Shown: one piece after another, positions 26,814 through 27,766 of the stretch | Layout of the letters: every line of letters starts with the position of its first letter | How positions within the stretch are numbered: position 1 is the first letter of the stretch | Origin: Nitrospirota bacterium | GTDB lineage: Bacteria > Nitrospirota > Thermodesulfovibrionia > Thermodesulfovibrionales > SM23-35 | DNA: 27,766 nucleotides | Direction: 5' to 3' | NCBI GenBank assembly: GCA_014859105.1 | Contig: JACUUX010000038.1 | Coordinates: 1-27,766, forward strand | Position numbers and translations under genes: made by a program | Notes under the pieces: model-generated | The model's input: the letters and a program-made list of their open reading frames with translations, nothing else | Databases searched by the model: none | Told to the model about the DNA's origin: nothing

Positions 26814-27557
26814 TCATTTTTCGATTAAGGTCTCTTCCTGGCTTTCTAAAATATCCTCTGCTATAAGATATTCAACATAGTCCTTTAAAATCTTTGACTT
26901 CTTATCTGTAATTCGTTTGAATTCTATTGCCATGCCAGGGGGAATCTTGAAAATATCACCAAACAGTCCTTTTGTGTATATAACAACACCTTTTAAATGG
27001 ACTAATCTCCTTCCTTTTAAAGGAATGGTAACATCAACTTCAGCCCCGATGGGGAGCGGTTTTAGTCCCCTTATATAAATTCCTCCCTCAGAAAGTGTTT
27101 CTGCATAAAGTTCATGCCGTTCTTTCTTGTGAGTGACAATTACCTTTCTTATAAATGAAATTCTCAAGTGTTTCCTGTTTTTACCAATCAGGGAAAAAGT
27201 GGATTTCTGTAATACGGTATGCAGCTTTGATATGTTTATAGGTTTTGAAAGGCACGCCAGACATCCCATTTTTGTACATTCTTTTATTGTCTTAGTTGTT
27301 GAATCACTTAAAATCATTATGACCGGGATGTGAGATGTTTGTTTATCTTCTTTTAAACGCTTTAACACAGAAATTCCATCAATTATTGTAAGATAGGTAT
27401 CAAGCATTACAATATCCGGGCCACAAAGCTTCATTAGCTTCAATACCTCTGCCCCGTTCTCGGCAGGAATAACCTTAAAACCCATTCTGGTTAAAAGAAT
27501 ACCTGTGTACATTAAAAATGCCTTGTTGTCGTCAGCTACAAGTATCCTTTTTTTCAT
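26814..27557 (-). CDS. Response-regulator receiver domain fused to C-terminal PilZ domain
   Basis: Likely start MKKRILVADDN at 27557, with SD aagga 5 nt upstream; the ORF extends to a GTG at 27581. REC motifs (ILVADDN, DIVMLD, SKP). The C-terminus carries PilZ motifs (RKHLRISFIRK as RxxxR; LSEGGIYIRG as D/NxSxGG). Confidence 0.75.
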   Translation of the reverse strand: MKKRILVADDNKAFLMYTGILLTRMGFKVIPAENGAEVLKLMKLCGPDIVMLDTYLTIIDGISVLKRLKEDKQTSHIPVIMILSDSTTKTIKECTKMGCLACLSKPINISKLHTVLQKSTFSLIGKNRKHLRISFIRKVIVTHKKERHELYAETLSEGGIYIRGLKPLPIGAEVDVTIPLKGRRLVHLKGVVIYTKGLFGDIFKIPPGMAIEFKRITDKKSKILKDYVEYLIAEDILESQEETLIEK

Positions 27558-27715
27558 TGTGTCCTTATATCCTAAAAGCACATCCGTAAGATATCTCTTT
27601 CTTCATAAGTATAGCCAATAATATTCAAAAAAGGCATGAAAAATATAAAATATTTTTAACAATTAAGAAAAAATACCTAACCCGGATTATTCATAAAATT
27701 ATTGGCAAAACTTAT

Positions 27716-27766
27716 GCTATTAATCATCAAAGATCTTAAAAGTTGTTTAAGTTTTTCAATTCTGTC
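27716..27766. repeat. Family-A repeat, copy 5 (truncated by window end)
   Basis: gctattaatcatcaaagatcttaaaagttgtttaagtttttcaattctgtc is module M5 followed by the first bases of M1. It is the reverse complement of 21640-21693. Confidence 0.7.

Overview
This is a 27.8 kb AT-rich bacterial chromosomal window with strong Shine-Dalgarno usage. I cannot place the lineage from sequence alone.

The backbone is housekeeping:
- an SPFH/band-7 gene preceded by the 3' end of a probable NfeD partner
- a classical yceD-rpmF-plsX-fabH operon on the minus strand
- gcvH-lpd, then eno-ftsB
- a GH57 glycoside hydrolase, dtd, and trkH-trkA
- a MidA/NDUFAF7-like methyltransferase

Accessory and unusual content sits between these:
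1. A PilZ domain fused to a class-I SAM methyltransferase, and at the other window edge a REC-PilZ response regulator. Together they give the window a c-di-GMP theme.
2. A three-gene module: a His-less KS-like protein, a FabZ-like dehydratase and a fully catalytic FabF-like KAS II. This is reminiscent of KS/CLF specialised-lipid or polyene systems.
3. Two toxin-antitoxin pairs (MntA/HepT and DUF433/DUF5615) immediately downstream of that module. The second pair sits between a roughly 100 bp degenerate duplicate of the 5' end of the downstream gene and the intact copy.
4. The downstream gene itself, a CrtI-like FAD oxidoreductase, co-operonic with a multi-TM PAS hybrid histidine kinase.
5. Two uncharacterised all-alpha proteins wedged between lpd and eno.

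Two repeat families are conspicuous:
- Family A is a mosaic MITE-like element built from at least five short modules with nested inverted repeats. It occupies at least six intergenic regions in both orientations, and one module donates the SD and ATG of the midA-like gene.
- Family B is a GC-rich poly-C/poly-G palindromic element. It occurs intergenically, including a perfect roughly 28 bp stem, and, strikingly, as in-frame insertions inside all three consecutive KS-like/FabZ/FabF-like genes.

No CRISPR array, transposase, integrase, rRNA or convincing tRNA was seen.
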